This document shows positions 1 through 9,362 of a stretch of 64,000 nucleotides of DNA, piece by piece. Position 1 is the stretch's first letter, and every line of letters begins with the position of its first letter. Both the position numbers and the translations under genes were made by a program. The notes under the pieces were generated by a model. That model was not told where the DNA came from and ran no database searches. It saw only the letters and a list, made by a program, of their open reading frames with translations. This DNA is from Planctomycetota bacterium (GTDB taxonomy: Bacteria; Planctomycetota; Brocadiia; JAADGH01). The stretch is taken from NCBI GenBank assembly GCA_040755855.1, contig JBFMAD010000002.1:32001-96000 (forward strand), read 5' to 3'.

Positions 1-38
1 CCGATCAGCCCAATGACCATGATACATCTTCTCATCAT
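1..38 (-). CDS. 5' end of a gene running off the window; signal-peptide-like N-terminus (MMRRCIMVIGLI...)
   Basis: ATG ATG on the minus strand preceded by AAGAGGAG RBS; basic then hydrophobic start; divergent from the HD-GYP gene. Confidence 0.5.
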   Translation of the reverse strand, partial: MMRRCIMVIGLI

Positions 39-236
39 GTCATCTCCTCTTGCGAACCTGTCGCCTGTCCGGATTTCTGCAGCCAGCCGTGTGAGTTATA
101 GTCGGACAGGATAAGCAAGTCAAGGGACTGCGCAGTCACGTCTGTCCATCCCCCTATCAGGGTTTCAGATTTTATGCTCGCTTCCTATGATCGAATTATG
201 GTATTATAGATTAAAATAAATTAAGGTGTAACTCTG

Positions 237-1574
237 TTGCATCTTGGAGATTTTTTAGTGCTTGGGAGTGAAGACGTGTGGAACGGGGGACAGGGCAGTC
301 CCATCGGCAAGCCGCGCATCCCTCTGTTTGAGACGGTGGTGGGCCTGTCGAACGCGATGGACCTCGTCAATCCGGGGCTGGTGGACCACCACAAGCGCGT
401 GGCCTATATCGCGCTCAGCATCGGCGCGGAGATGGGGCTGTCCTATGGGGAGCAGACAAATCTGCTCTGGGCCGGACTGCTGCACGACAGCGGCGCGATC
501 TCGCTGAAAGAGCGGCGCGGGGTGTCCGCCTCGGCGCACCTGGACCCGGAGAAGCACGCCAAGCTGGGCTATCTGCTCTTCAAGGATTTCGGCCCCTTTG
601 CCGAGGTGGCCACGCTCATCCGCTATCATCAAACACCGTGGCGCGGCGGCGCGGGGGCAGAGGCCGACGGGAACGGAGCGCCGATCGGCAGCCACATCCT
701 CCACCTGGCGGACCGGGTGGCGGTGCTGCTGCGAGACCAGAAGAAGGTCCTCCAGCAGGCCGAGGGGATTGTGAAGGAGATTGCGGCCCAGAGCGGCAAG
801 CTCTTCCTGCCGGACATCGTGCAGGTGTTCATGGGGCTCGCGGCGAAGGAGTGTTTCTGGCTCGACGCCACCTCTCCCTCCATCGGCTCGATCCTGGAGC
901 GGCGGTCTGTCTCGGTGATCGTGGAGCTCGACATGAGCGAGCTCATCGACCTGGCGAAGCTCTTCTGCCAGGTGATTGACTTCCGGAGCCGATTCACGTC
1001 CACCCACTCCAGCGGCGTCGCCGCAACGGCCGAGAAGCTGTTTTCCCTGGTCGGCTCGTCGGGGGCCGAGGCCGCAATGATGAGGGCGGCGGGGTACCTT
1101 CACGATCTGGGGAAACTGGCGGTCCCCCTGGAGATCCTCGACAAGCCCGCCGGCCTGACGCAGGACGAGTTTCGGGTCATGAAGACCCACCCCTTCCATA
1201 CCTACCGCATTCTGGAGACGATCGAGAACCTGCACACGGTCAACGAATGGGCTTCCCTCCACCACGAGCGCCTTGACGGCAGCGGCTATCCGTTCCATCA
1301 TCGGGCCGAAGGCATCACGCTCGGATCACGCATCATGGCGGTCGCCGACCATTTCGTCGCCATGACGGAGGACCGACCCTACAGACAGGGAATGCCCACA
1401 TCCCAGGTGCTGCGCCTCATGCACGAGGAGGTGGAGGCGCGCTGGCTGGATCCCGACGTCGTGCACGCCCTGGCGAGACACTCCAACGAGGTCAACGACG
1501 TCCGCATCGCCGGCCAAGCCGCGGCCTACACGGAATATCAAGAGCTTGCGCGGCAGTTTGACGCAATATCTTGA
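237..1574 (+). CDS. Tandem HD-domain / HD-GYP phosphohydrolase, probable cyclic-dinucleotide phosphodiesterase (true start may be GTG at 276)
   Basis: Two HD motifs (LLHDSG, YLHDLGK); C-terminal domain has HHERLDGSGYP and RPYR motifs. Confidence 0.85.
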   Translation: MHLGDFLVLGSEDVWNGGQGSPIGKPRIPLFETVVGLSNAMDLVNPGLVDHHKRVAYIALSIGAEMGLSYGEQTNLLWAGLLHDSGAISLKERRGVSASAHLDPEKHAKLGYLLFKDFGPFAEVATLIRYHQTPWRGGAGAEADGNGAPIGSHILHLADRVAVLLRDQKKVLQQAEGIVKEIAAQSGKLFLPDIVQVFMGLAAKECFWLDATSPSIGSILERRSVSVIVELDMSELIDLAKLFCQVIDFRSRFTSTHSSGVAATAEKLFSLVGSSGAEAAMMRAAGYLHDLGKLAVPLEILDKPAGLTQDEFRVMKTHPFHTYRILETIENLHTVNEWASLHHERLDGSGYPFHHRAEGITLGSRIMAVADHFVAMTEDRPYRQGMPTSQVLRLMHEEVEARWLDPDVVHALARHSNEVNDVRIAGQAAAYTEYQELARQFDAIS

Positions 1575-1717
1575 TCCCGAATCCCTTGGCCGCCATGCAC
1601 CGCATGAACTTACAGGGGAAATCCTCTCTCGCCCCTCCCGCAACACCAGGACCGCCAGGCAATGGTTGCTGAGCGGTATTTCCGACGTATAGCCGCCCCC
1701 TGTAAAGAGTTTTATTC

Positions 1718-1746
1718 TTGACATAACCCCTTGATTCGGCTATTCT
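1718..1746 (+). promoter_or_regulatory. sigma70-type promoter of tRNA-Phe
   Basis: TTGACA-N17-TATTCT upstream of the tRNA. Confidence 0.7.
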
Positions 1747-1783
1747 CAGGTATCAAGGTATCAGGGGTAATAACGCAAACGGT

Positions 1784-1859
1784 GGGCGGGTAGCTCAGCT
1801 GGTAGAGCACAGGACTGAAAATCCTGGTGTCACCGGTTCGACTCCGGTTCCGCCCACCA
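1784..1859 (+). tRNA. tRNA-Phe (GAA)
   Basis: Cloverleaf: GGGCGGG acceptor, D-arm GCTC/GAGC, anticodon arm CAGGA-CTGAAAA-TCCTG, TTCGA T-loop, encoded CCA. Confidence 0.97.
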
Positions 1860-1968
1860 TGTACCCGCCCAACAAAGTACGAAAGCTGGTAGCCATTGCG
1901 CGAAACATCCGACATGTCGGCCAATCACGCCAGCGCCGTTCCCAACGAAAGCTGAGGGAGTGTTACCG

Positions 1969-3453
1969 ATGTCAAAGCGACGGTTGCTCTGGGTCCTTGG
2001 CGCGATCCTCCTGGTCGCCCTGTGCATTCGCCCCGCCGGGGCCAAGCGCGGCGACGTCTATTCCGAATACCGCGCCTTTACGGGGATCGTGGACAAGATC
2101 GTGACCCACTATGTGGACAAGGTGGATCGCAAGAACCTCTTCGAGGGCGCCTGCCAGGGGATGCTCAATACCCTCGACCCCTACAGCCAGTTCATCAGCC
2201 CCGATATGCTGAAGGAATTCAACGACAATACCCAGGGCGAGTTCGGCGGCCTGGGCATCGAGATTGACATGCGCGGCGGCCTCCTCACCGTCATTACGCC
2301 CATCAAGGACTCCCCCGCCTATCGCGCCGGCGTCATGGCCGGCGACATCATCCTCGCCATCGAGGAGGAACCGACCGAGGGCATGACCCTCCACCAGGCG
2401 GTGAACAAACTCCGCGGCCCCGTGGGCAAACCGGTCACCATCACCGTGGTCCATGAGGGCGGGCGCGACACCGAGAAGATCAAGATCGTCCGGGAGCTGA
2501 TCCAGATCCCCACCGTCGAGTACAACATGCTCGACAAGGACGCCGGCATCGGGTACGTCCATCTGAGGAACTTCATCAAAAACAGCTCCGAGAAGACCCG
2601 CGACGCCATCGAGGACCTGAAACGCCAGGGCATGAAGGGACTCATCTTCGACCTGAGAAACAATCCCGGTGGGCTGTTCCCCAGCGCCGTCGAGGTGGCC
2701 GACCTCTTCCTCTCCGGCGGGGTTATCGTCCGGACCCGCGGCCGCAACGAGGAGCTCGTCCGCGAGGAGAAGGCCCACCCCGAGACCGTCGGCGATTTCA
2801 ACCTCGTGGTGGTGATCAACAAAGGCAGCGCCAGCGCCTCCGAGATCGTGGCCGGCGCCATCAAGGACAACCGGCGCGGCATCCTCGTCGGCACCAAGAC
2901 ATACGGCAAGGCCACTGTCCAGAGCCTTATCACCGTGGACATGGGCGAGGAGGACGGCAAACCCGTCGAAGGGGCGCTGAAACTCACCACGGCCCGATAC
3001 TACACCCCCAGCGACGTCTCAATTGACAAGAAAGGCATCGTCCCCGACTTCGAGGTGGACATGACCCGCGAGCAGCAGATCGCCCTCCTGCGCCAGCAGC
3101 GACGCGACTTCCTCAAAAAACAGCGGCGAGAACCCGACCAGAAAGAACCCGTCGAAGAACCCAAAAAACTCGAAGACGAGGGGGACAAGGACAGGGAGGA
3201 CCTGATCCCCGATCAGGATAGCTCCAGCGAAGGGAAACTCCGACGGATCCTCAATAACTTTGATCGGGGCCGTCTCTCCATCAGCGAGGCGCTTGAACAG
3301 ATCATGTCCGTTGCCGGCGGCGCCGATGCGGAGATCGCCCCCGCGGTGCGGAGCGAGGAGGTCGTGGACTTGCAGATTCAGCGGGCCGTGGATATCCTAA
3401 AGGTCTACGACATGATCCACGCCCAAATGGCGGCAAAAGCCCCAGCGAAATGA
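1969..3453 (+). CDS. ctpA: S41 family carboxyl-terminal processing protease (PDZ + peptidase)
   Basis: Signal peptide; LDPYS, GLGIE PDZ entry, DLRNNPGG, SASASEI (catalytic Ser), TYGKATVQ (Lys). Confidence 0.92.
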   Translation: MSKRRLLWVLGAILLVALCIRPAGAKRGDVYSEYRAFTGIVDKIVTHYVDKVDRKNLFEGACQGMLNTLDPYSQFISPDMLKEFNDNTQGEFGGLGIEIDMRGGLLTVITPIKDSPAYRAGVMAGDIILAIEEEPTEGMTLHQAVNKLRGPVGKPVTITVVHEGGRDTEKIKIVRELIQIPTVEYNMLDKDAGIGYVHLRNFIKNSSEKTRDAIEDLKRQGMKGLIFDLRNNPGGLFPSAVEVADLFLSGGVIVRTRGRNEELVREEKAHPETVGDFNLVVVINKGSASASEIVAGAIKDNRRGILVGTKTYGKATVQSLITVDMGEEDGKPVEGALKLTTARYYTPSDVSIDKKGIVPDFEVDMTREQQIALLRQQRRDFLKKQRREPDQKEPVEEPKKLEDEGDKDREDLIPDQDSSSEGKLRRILNNFDRGRLSISEALEQIMSVAGGADAEIAPAVRSEEVVDLQIQRAVDILKVYDMIHAQMAAKAPAK

Positions 3454-3462
3454 CCTTGGCCG

Positions 3463-4497
3463 ATGCGGATTCTCGGGATCGAAACCTCCTGTGACGAAAC
3501 CGCCGCCGCCATAGTGGAAGACGGCGTCACCATCCTCGGCAGCGCCATCGCCTCCCAGCAGCAGCTCCACCTCAAATTCGGCGGCATCGTGCCAGAGATC
3601 GCCTGCCGGGCCCACATCGAATCCATCATCCCCGTCCTCCACCAGGCCCTCCGCGAGGCCCGGCTCGCGCTCGGCGACATTGACGCCGTCGCCGTCGCCC
3701 ATCGCCCCGGCCTCATCGGCGCGCTGCTCATCGGCCTCACGGCCGCCAAGACCCTCGCCTGGGTCCTCGACGTCCCTCTCGTCGCCCTGAATCATCTCGA
3801 GGCCCATCTCTACGCCTGCAACATGGGCCGCCCCGACCTGGAATACCCCGTCGTCAGCCTCCTCGTCTCCGGCGGCCACACCAGCCTCTGGCTCAGCCGA
3901 AGCGAGACCGACCACTCCCGCCTGGGCGCCACCCTCGACGACGCCGCCGGCGAAGCCTTCGACAAGGTCGCCAGCGTCATCGGCCTCGGATACCTCGGCG
4001 GGCCGATGGTGGACGCCGCCGCCAAAAAGGGCGACCCCAACCGCATCGTCTTCCCGCGAACCTATCTCGACAAGGACTCCCTCGACTTCAGTTTCAGCGG
4101 TCTCAAGACCGCCGTGCTTTACCACTGTTTCGGACACGGCGCGAAACGCCCCGTCGAGCGATCGCCCCTCTCTGAGCAGGAAGTGGCGGACATCGCCGCG
4201 GGCTTCCAGGAGGCTGTCGTTGATGTCCTGGTGGACAAGGCCCTCCTGGCCGCCCGGCGCGAAGGCGTGGACGGCATCGCCGTGGGCGGCGGCGTCGCCG
4301 CCAACTCCCGCCTCCGGGAGCGGCTGGCACGGGCCTGCAAGGAAAAGAATCTTAAACTCTATCTCCCCCCGATGAACCTCTGCACCGACAATGCCGCCAT
4401 GATCGCGGGGCTGGCTTTTCACAAACTCCAAAAAAGACAGACATCCGATCTTTTTGTTGACGCCGCGCCGACAGGAGCGCCCTATGAACCGAACTGA
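3463..4497 (+). CDS. tsaD: tRNA N6-adenosine threonylcarbamoyltransferase
   Basis: ILGIETSCDET, HLEAH, LLVSGGHT, DDAAGEAFDK, CTDNAAMIA motifs. Confidence 0.97.
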   Translation: MRILGIETSCDETAAAIVEDGVTILGSAIASQQQLHLKFGGIVPEIACRAHIESIIPVLHQALREARLALGDIDAVAVAHRPGLIGALLIGLTAAKTLAWVLDVPLVALNHLEAHLYACNMGRPDLEYPVVSLLVSGGHTSLWLSRSETDHSRLGATLDDAAGEAFDKVASVIGLGYLGGPMVDAAAKKGDPNRIVFPRTYLDKDSLDFSFSGLKTAVLYHCFGHGAKRPVERSPLSEQEVADIAAGFQEAVVDVLVDKALLAARREGVDGIAVGGGVAANSRLRERLARACKEKNLKLYLPPMNLCTDNAAMIAGLAFHKLQKRQTSDLFVDAAPTGAPYEPN

Positions 4498-5302
4498 ACT
4501 CAAGAAACTCCTGTCCGCCGTGAAGGCGGGCAGGCTGTCCGTGGGCGATGCGATGGAGAGGCTCCGATCCCTGCCGTTCCATGACCTCGGCCACACGCGG
4601 GTGGACCTGCACCGCGAGCTGCGCTGCGGGTTCCCCGAGGTCGTGTTCTGTGAGGGAAAGACGACGGAGCAGATTCTCCACATCCTCGATGTGCTTGTGA
4701 AAGGCGGCGGGCCGGCCCTCGCCACGCGCGCCGCGCCTCACGTGTTTGAAGCAGTGCTTGCAAAACACCCCGACGCTCACTATAATGAAGCGGCTCGGAT
4801 GATCGTGATCCGGAAAAAACCGCCGAAGGTGGCCGGCGGCCTGATCCTGATCGTCACGGCCGGCACGTCGGACATCCCCGTAGCCGAGGAGGCCCGCGTC
4901 ACCGCCGAGGCGATGGGCAACCGGGTAGAGACGCTCTACGACGCCGGCGTGGCGGGGATCCACCGTCTGCTCAGCAGCCACGGCGATCTGGCCAGGGCAA
5001 ATGTCCTCGTCGTCGCGGCGGGGATGGAGGGGGCCTTGGCCAGCGTCGTCGGGGGGCTGGTGGACCGACCGGTGATAGCCGTGCCCACGAGCGTGGGCTA
5101 CGGCGCCAGCTTCGGCGGCGTCGCCGCGTTGCTGGGCATGCTCAACAGCTGCTCCGCAAATGTGTGCGTCGTGAACATTGACAACGGATTCGGGGCCGGC
5201 TACGTGGCCTCGCTGATCAATCAGACCGGGACCCGGCGGATGGAAAAGGATACCCCGCGCAATGCGACTCGTCAAAAAACTCCCAAAACTCGCCCCTCGT
5301 GA
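4484..5302 (+). CDS. larB: Nickel-pincer cofactor biosynthesis protein LarB (PurE-like)
   Basis: GFPEVVFCEGK, TAGTSDIPVAEEA, AGMEGALASVVGG, PTSVGYG, VVNIDNGFGA motifs. Confidence 0.92.
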   Translation: MNRTELKKLLSAVKAGRLSVGDAMERLRSLPFHDLGHTRVDLHRELRCGFPEVVFCEGKTTEQILHILDVLVKGGGPALATRAAPHVFEAVLAKHPDAHYNEAARMIVIRKKPPKVAGGLILIVTAGTSDIPVAEEARVTAEAMGNRVETLYDAGVAGIHRLLSSHGDLARANVLVVAAGMEGALASVVGGLVDRPVIAVPTSVGYGASFGGVAALLGMLNSCSANVCVVNIDNGFGAGYVASLINQTGTRRMEKDTPRNATRQKTPKTRPS

Positions 5303-6203
5303 GCCGGACAGCCACAAGGGCTCCTACGGCACGGTCCAGGTGATCGCCGGGTCGCGCACGATGAGCGGCGCGGCCTACCTCTGCTGCCAGGGCGCCCTGC
5401 GCAGCGGCGCGGGGCTGGTCATCCTCGGTACTCCCGACCGAAGCGCGCGCATCCTTGCCCCGCAACTCCCCTGCTGCCTGGTGCAGCCCATGCCCCAGAC
5501 GAAGGCCGGGGCGCTGGCCGAGGCTGCGATTCCTCCGGCGCTCAACACCGCAAAGCGCGCCGACGTCGCCGCCATCGGGCCGGGCATCTCCCGAGAGGAG
5601 GAGACGAAGCGCATGATCGTGACCCTCCTCCAGCAACTCGAAATACCCATCGTCCTCGACGCGGACGGTCTCAACAACGTGGCCAACGATCTCTACGCAA
5701 TTGACGGACGGGAGAAGCGGATCGTCGTCACGCCCCACCCGCGCGAGATGGCCCGCCTCATGGGGCTGAAGTCCGCCGCCGACGTCCAGGGCAATCGGGT
5801 CAAGACTGCCATGGTCTTCGCCGAACGCTACGACGCGGTCGTCGTGCTGAAGGGTCACGAGACGATTGTCACCGACGGCGACCGGATATTCATCAATCCC
5901 ACGGGCAACCCCGGCATGGCAACGGGCGGGTCGGGCGACGTGCTGACCGGCATGATCGCCGCGCTGATCGCCCAGGGCCTCGACACATTTGAGGCGTCCA
6001 CCCTCGCCGTCTATGCCCACGGCCTGGCAGGCGACCTGGCGGCGAAGAAATTCGGCCAGATTTCCATGATCGCCACGGACATCGTGGACGCCCTGCCCGA
6101 GGCCTTCCAGGATCTGGTGCGCACGGAGTTCCGGTTCAACGCCAAGAATAACGGGGCGGATGATCGCATGAAAGGCGACGATGCTCCTCCGAAGAGTGAC
6201 TGA
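5262..6203 (+). CDS. nnrD: ADP/ATP-dependent NAD(P)H-hydrate dehydratase (standalone YjeF C-terminal domain)
   Basis: HKGSYG, GPGI, LDADGLN, TPHPREMARL, MATGGSGDVLTG motifs. Confidence 0.92.
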   Translation: MRLVKKLPKLAPREPDSHKGSYGTVQVIAGSRTMSGAAYLCCQGALRSGAGLVILGTPDRSARILAPQLPCCLVQPMPQTKAGALAEAAIPPALNTAKRADVAAIGPGISREEETKRMIVTLLQQLEIPIVLDADGLNNVANDLYAIDGREKRIVVTPHPREMARLMGLKSAADVQGNRVKTAMVFAERYDAVVVLKGHETIVTDGDRIFINPTGNPGMATGGSGDVLTGMIAALIAQGLDTFEASTLAVYAHGLAGDLAAKKFGQISMIATDIVDALPEAFQDLVRTEFRFNAKNNGADDRMKGDDAPPKSD

Positions 6204-6266
6204 TGGGATTGACTGTCCAGAACGATACGTTGTGCTGATATACAAGATTCAGGAGGTCGGCGGAAC

Positions 6267-7631
6267 ATGATCTCGAAAGTCATCATGCCCAAACTGGGCC
6301 AGACCATGGAAAAGGCCACGGTCGAAAAGTGGATCAAGAAGGAAGGCGATACGGTCGCCAAGGGCGACGTCCTCCTCGAAATCACCACCGACAAGGCCAC
6401 CCTCGAGGTGGAGTCCTATTGGGAGGGGACGCTGCTTAAAATTATTGTCGGCGAGGGCGTCGAGGTCCCGGTGAACCACGTGATTGCCGTCGTCGGCCAG
6501 CCCGGCGAGGAGATCCCCGCCGACATCGCCGTTCCGCCGCCGGCCCCGGCCGAGGAGGCGCCCAAGCCCGCGCGTCGGGCGCCGTCTGCCGCGCCCGCTC
6601 CGACGCCGACACGGCCCTCCCCTGCGCTTGCGGCTGTTCCCATCGCATCTTCCCATGCGCCCGCCCCGCCCGTGGCTGTGATGCCGGAACGCGCCTTTTC
6701 CTCCCCCAGGGCCCGGCGGCGGGCGGAGGAGGAAAAGGTGGCAATCGAGTGCCTGACGGGGAGCGGGCCGAACGGGCGCATCATCGAGCGCGACGTGGAG
6801 GCATACCTGGAGCGCACCGCCGCCGTGCGCATCACGCCCACGGCCAGGGAGATTGCCTTCCGGCGCGGCGTGGACATCCTCAAGGTTCGCGGCAGCGGGC
6901 CGAGCGGCAGGATCATGAAGGCCGACGTCGCCGGGGCCGTCCCCGCGCGGGGCGAGCGGGTCGAACTGACGGCCATGCGGCGGGTGATCGCGGATCGGCT
7001 CTCCTACAGCTTCCGCGACGTGCCGCACTTCTACCTGATGATGGACATGGACATGACAAAAGTCGTCCCCTTCCGAAAGAAGTTGAACGAGGCAGGGACG
7101 ATCCGCATCTCTTTTAACGACATCCTGATGCGGGCCTGCGTGTTGGCCTTTGAAGCCTCGCCCGGCATGAACAGCGCCTGGCTGGGCGATGCGATCCTCC
7201 GGCGGCCCGATATCAACATCGGCCTCGCCGTTTCGTTGGACGGCGGCCTCATCGTGCCGGTGGTGAAGTGCGTGCAGATGAAGACGCTGGAGCAGATCGC
7301 CCTGGAGAGCGCCGACCTCGTCACGCGGGCACGCGGCAAGAAGCTGACCCCCGACGAGTTTGAGGGGGGATGCCTCACGATATCGAACCTGGGCATGTTC
7401 GACGTGGACGCCTTCGTGCCGATCATCAATCCCGGCGAGAGCGCCATCCTCGGCGTCGGGCGGATCACCGATAAGCCGGTGGTGATTGACGAGAAGATCG
7501 AGATCCGGGCGATGATGACGGTGACGCTGTCGGGCGACCATCGAACGATTGACGGGGCGCAGGCGGCGACGTTTCTGAAAAAGATCAAGGACGCCCTTGC
7601 CGAGCCTGAGATGCTCCTTGAACAGCCCTGA
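6267..7631 (+). CDS. Dihydrolipoamide acyltransferase (E2) of a 2-oxoacid dehydrogenase complex
   Basis: Lipoyl domain (EITTDKAT), Pro/Ala linker, two E3-binding domains (GSGPNGRI, GSGPSGRI), catalytic DHRTIDG. Confidence 0.92.
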   Translation: MISKVIMPKLGQTMEKATVEKWIKKEGDTVAKGDVLLEITTDKATLEVESYWEGTLLKIIVGEGVEVPVNHVIAVVGQPGEEIPADIAVPPPAPAEEAPKPARRAPSAAPAPTPTRPSPALAAVPIASSHAPAPPVAVMPERAFSSPRARRRAEEEKVAIECLTGSGPNGRIIERDVEAYLERTAAVRITPTAREIAFRRGVDILKVRGSGPSGRIMKADVAGAVPARGERVELTAMRRVIADRLSYSFRDVPHFYLMMDMDMTKVVPFRKKLNEAGTIRISFNDILMRACVLAFEASPGMNSAWLGDAILRRPDINIGLAVSLDGGLIVPVVKCVQMKTLEQIALESADLVTRARGKKLTPDEFEGGCLTISNLGMFDVDAFVPIINPGESAILGVGRITDKPVVIDEKIEIRAMMTVTLSGDHRTIDGAQAATFLKKIKDALAEPEMLLEQP

Positions 7632-8703
7632 GAAAAGACTTCTGTCTGCGGCGCTGGCCGCCGGCCTCCTCTGGTCGGCGTGTGGGATGACGTCGGATCG
7701 GGAGATCCCGGCGGACGCCGTTGCGCGGGCGCGGGAGCTGCTGCGCGGCGTGACGGGGGGTCTGTCGGTCCCCGACGACCTGTGGGGCGGCCCCGTGGAG
7801 CCGGAGAAGGTGGAGCAGCTCACGATGATCCTGGAGCGCACGCGGACGAGGGCCCAGGAACGCGCTGCGGCAGATATGGCGGCGTTCGAGGCGGAGGATT
7901 TTGCTCGCCTCTTCGATCCGAAGGCGACGTGGAGCGATGAGGAGATGGAGGTGATCGTTGCCGCAATCCTCCATAGGCAGAAGGCGCCGAGCGGCGCCCT
8001 GGACCTGCTGGAGCGGGCAGCCTGGGACGAGCAAAGGCTCCTGCGGGTGCGGGCGGCGGCGGCGACGGCCGCGGCGCGTCTGGGCAGACGGGGCGTGGCG
8101 CCGGCGCTGCTGTTCGCGGCGCGGGTGTCCAGCGAGCTGGTCGCGGCCGTGGACATCCTCCTCGACGCGGTGGGCGAGAACCGGGAGGCGGACCGCGCCC
8201 GGTTGATGCGTTTTCGGGAGCGATGGTGCGGCCTTCTCGATCGGGTGGAGGGCGAGATGCGGCGCGGCGCCAACACGGAGGGGCTGCCGAAGCTGACGCC
8301 GGGCGACTGGGGGGCGTTGGCCCGATGGGAGGCATGGGGGGCGGGGTCGGAAAAGGCGCCGCCGACGCGAGGAATCGTGGAGGACGCCTATGGGGTCCGC
8401 ATCTGGGTGGAGCGGGAGGGGAACACGGAGGCCGATATGCATGGACAGGCGGAGAGCATCCTGCTGGAGGCCGTAAAGGAATATGTAAAGGCAAATATCG
8501 GCAGAGTGGAGGTGAGGCGTCTCTCGGCGGACGTGATCGGCGCGACGCGGCGGCTGTCGCCGATGGAGGGCGGGCGGCGGCTGCTCGTGAATGTCGGCCC
8601 ACTCGTGAAGGAGTATTCCTACGACGCCGATGCGAAGAGCTGGCAATGCGTGAAGAGTTATCGGCTGTTGGACAGTGTGCGACATGTTCCGGAGTGGCCG
8701 TGA
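7618..8703 (+). CDS. Hypothetical protein, probable lipoprotein
   Basis: Long ORF coupled to the E2 stop; hydrophobic N-terminus with LWSAC lipobox-like motif; start uncertain. Confidence 0.55.
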   Translation: MNSPEKRLLSAALAAGLLWSACGMTSDREIPADAVARARELLRGVTGGLSVPDDLWGGPVEPEKVEQLTMILERTRTRAQERAAADMAAFEAEDFARLFDPKATWSDEEMEVIVAAILHRQKAPSGALDLLERAAWDEQRLLRVRAAAATAAARLGRRGVAPALLFAARVSSELVAAVDILLDAVGENREADRARLMRFRERWCGLLDRVEGEMRRGANTEGLPKLTPGDWGALARWEAWGAGSEKAPPTRGIVEDAYGVRIWVEREGNTEADMHGQAESILLEAVKEYVKANIGRVEVRRLSADVIGATRRLSPMEGGRRLLVNVGPLVKEYSYDADAKSWQCVKSYRLLDSVRHVPEWP

Positions 8704-8712
8704 AGATGCTAA

Positions 8713-8742
8713 CTCGTGGATTCCCGCTTTCGCGGGGATGAC
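8713..8742. repeat. REP-like palindrome, GTGGATTCCCGC-N-GCGGGAATGAC family
   Basis: Near-identical to the copies at 20864-20931, 25010-25037 and 26304-26331. Confidence 0.8.
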
Positions 8743-8800
8743 GATGGCCGAATGGCTGCGCTGGAGACCAATCCGAGGAGGAAGATCATTGGCGCGTTAC

Positions 8801-9361
8801 GTGAAACAATGTGGCGTGATTCCTGTGGCGATATGGATGTTGCTGGCCGCCGGCTGCGCGAAGCTGGAGACGGTGGAGGACGCGGGCGGGTTGGCCGTTC
8901 AGCCGGAGCCGGCCTCCCCGGCTGAGGAGGCAAAGAAGAAACCGGATATCGTGCTGGAGGATATCATCCCGCTCAAGTTCCTGCCGGAGGAGAAGCCGGT
9001 CTCGTACGTTACGGAGACGGTGCTGAAGGCTCGTCCGGTGGATAAGGATGCGGAGGCGCTGCGCCTGATGCTGAGCAAGATCGGCAGCGCGCGCGTGCTG
9101 CTGAATCAGTACAACACGGATCTTGCGCCGCGTTATTACCAGGGCCATGACGAGACGATATATGTGATCAAGGGCCACGGCATCCTGATCATCGGCGAAG
9201 ATCGGTATGTGGCCAAGCCCGGCGGCGTATTTGTGATCCCGCGAAACGAGGTTCACAGCCTGATCAACACGGGTGAGAAGCCGTTTGTCGCCCTGGTGGT
9301 TCAAACCCCTCCGCCCCTGGGCGGGGATATGATGCCTGTGCGCGAAAAGAAGGAGCAGTGA
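8801..9361 (+). CDS. Cupin-domain lipoprotein
   Basis: LAAGC lipobox; cupin motifs HDETIYVIKG and GGVFVIPRNEVHSLIN. Confidence 0.7.
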   Translation: MKQCGVIPVAIWMLLAAGCAKLETVEDAGGLAVQPEPASPAEEAKKKPDIVLEDIIPLKFLPEEKPVSYVTETVLKARPVDKDAEALRLMLSKIGSARVLLNQYNTDLAPRYYQGHDETIYVIKGHGILIIGEDRYVAKPGGVFVIPRNEVHSLINTGEKPFVALVVQTPPPLGGDMMPVREKKEQ

Positions 9362-9362
9362 G

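Noticed and set aside
6249..8276. 675-aa minus-strand ORF, and similar long antisense ORFs (14436-16295, 20635-22395, 46461-48041, 47959-49557)
   Set aside because: Shadow frames opposite well-supported genes in GC-rich DNA; no recognisable motifs
8675..8800. WIPAFAGMT / DSRFRGND peptides recurring in several ORFs
   Set aside because: Translations of the REP palindrome, not a protein domain
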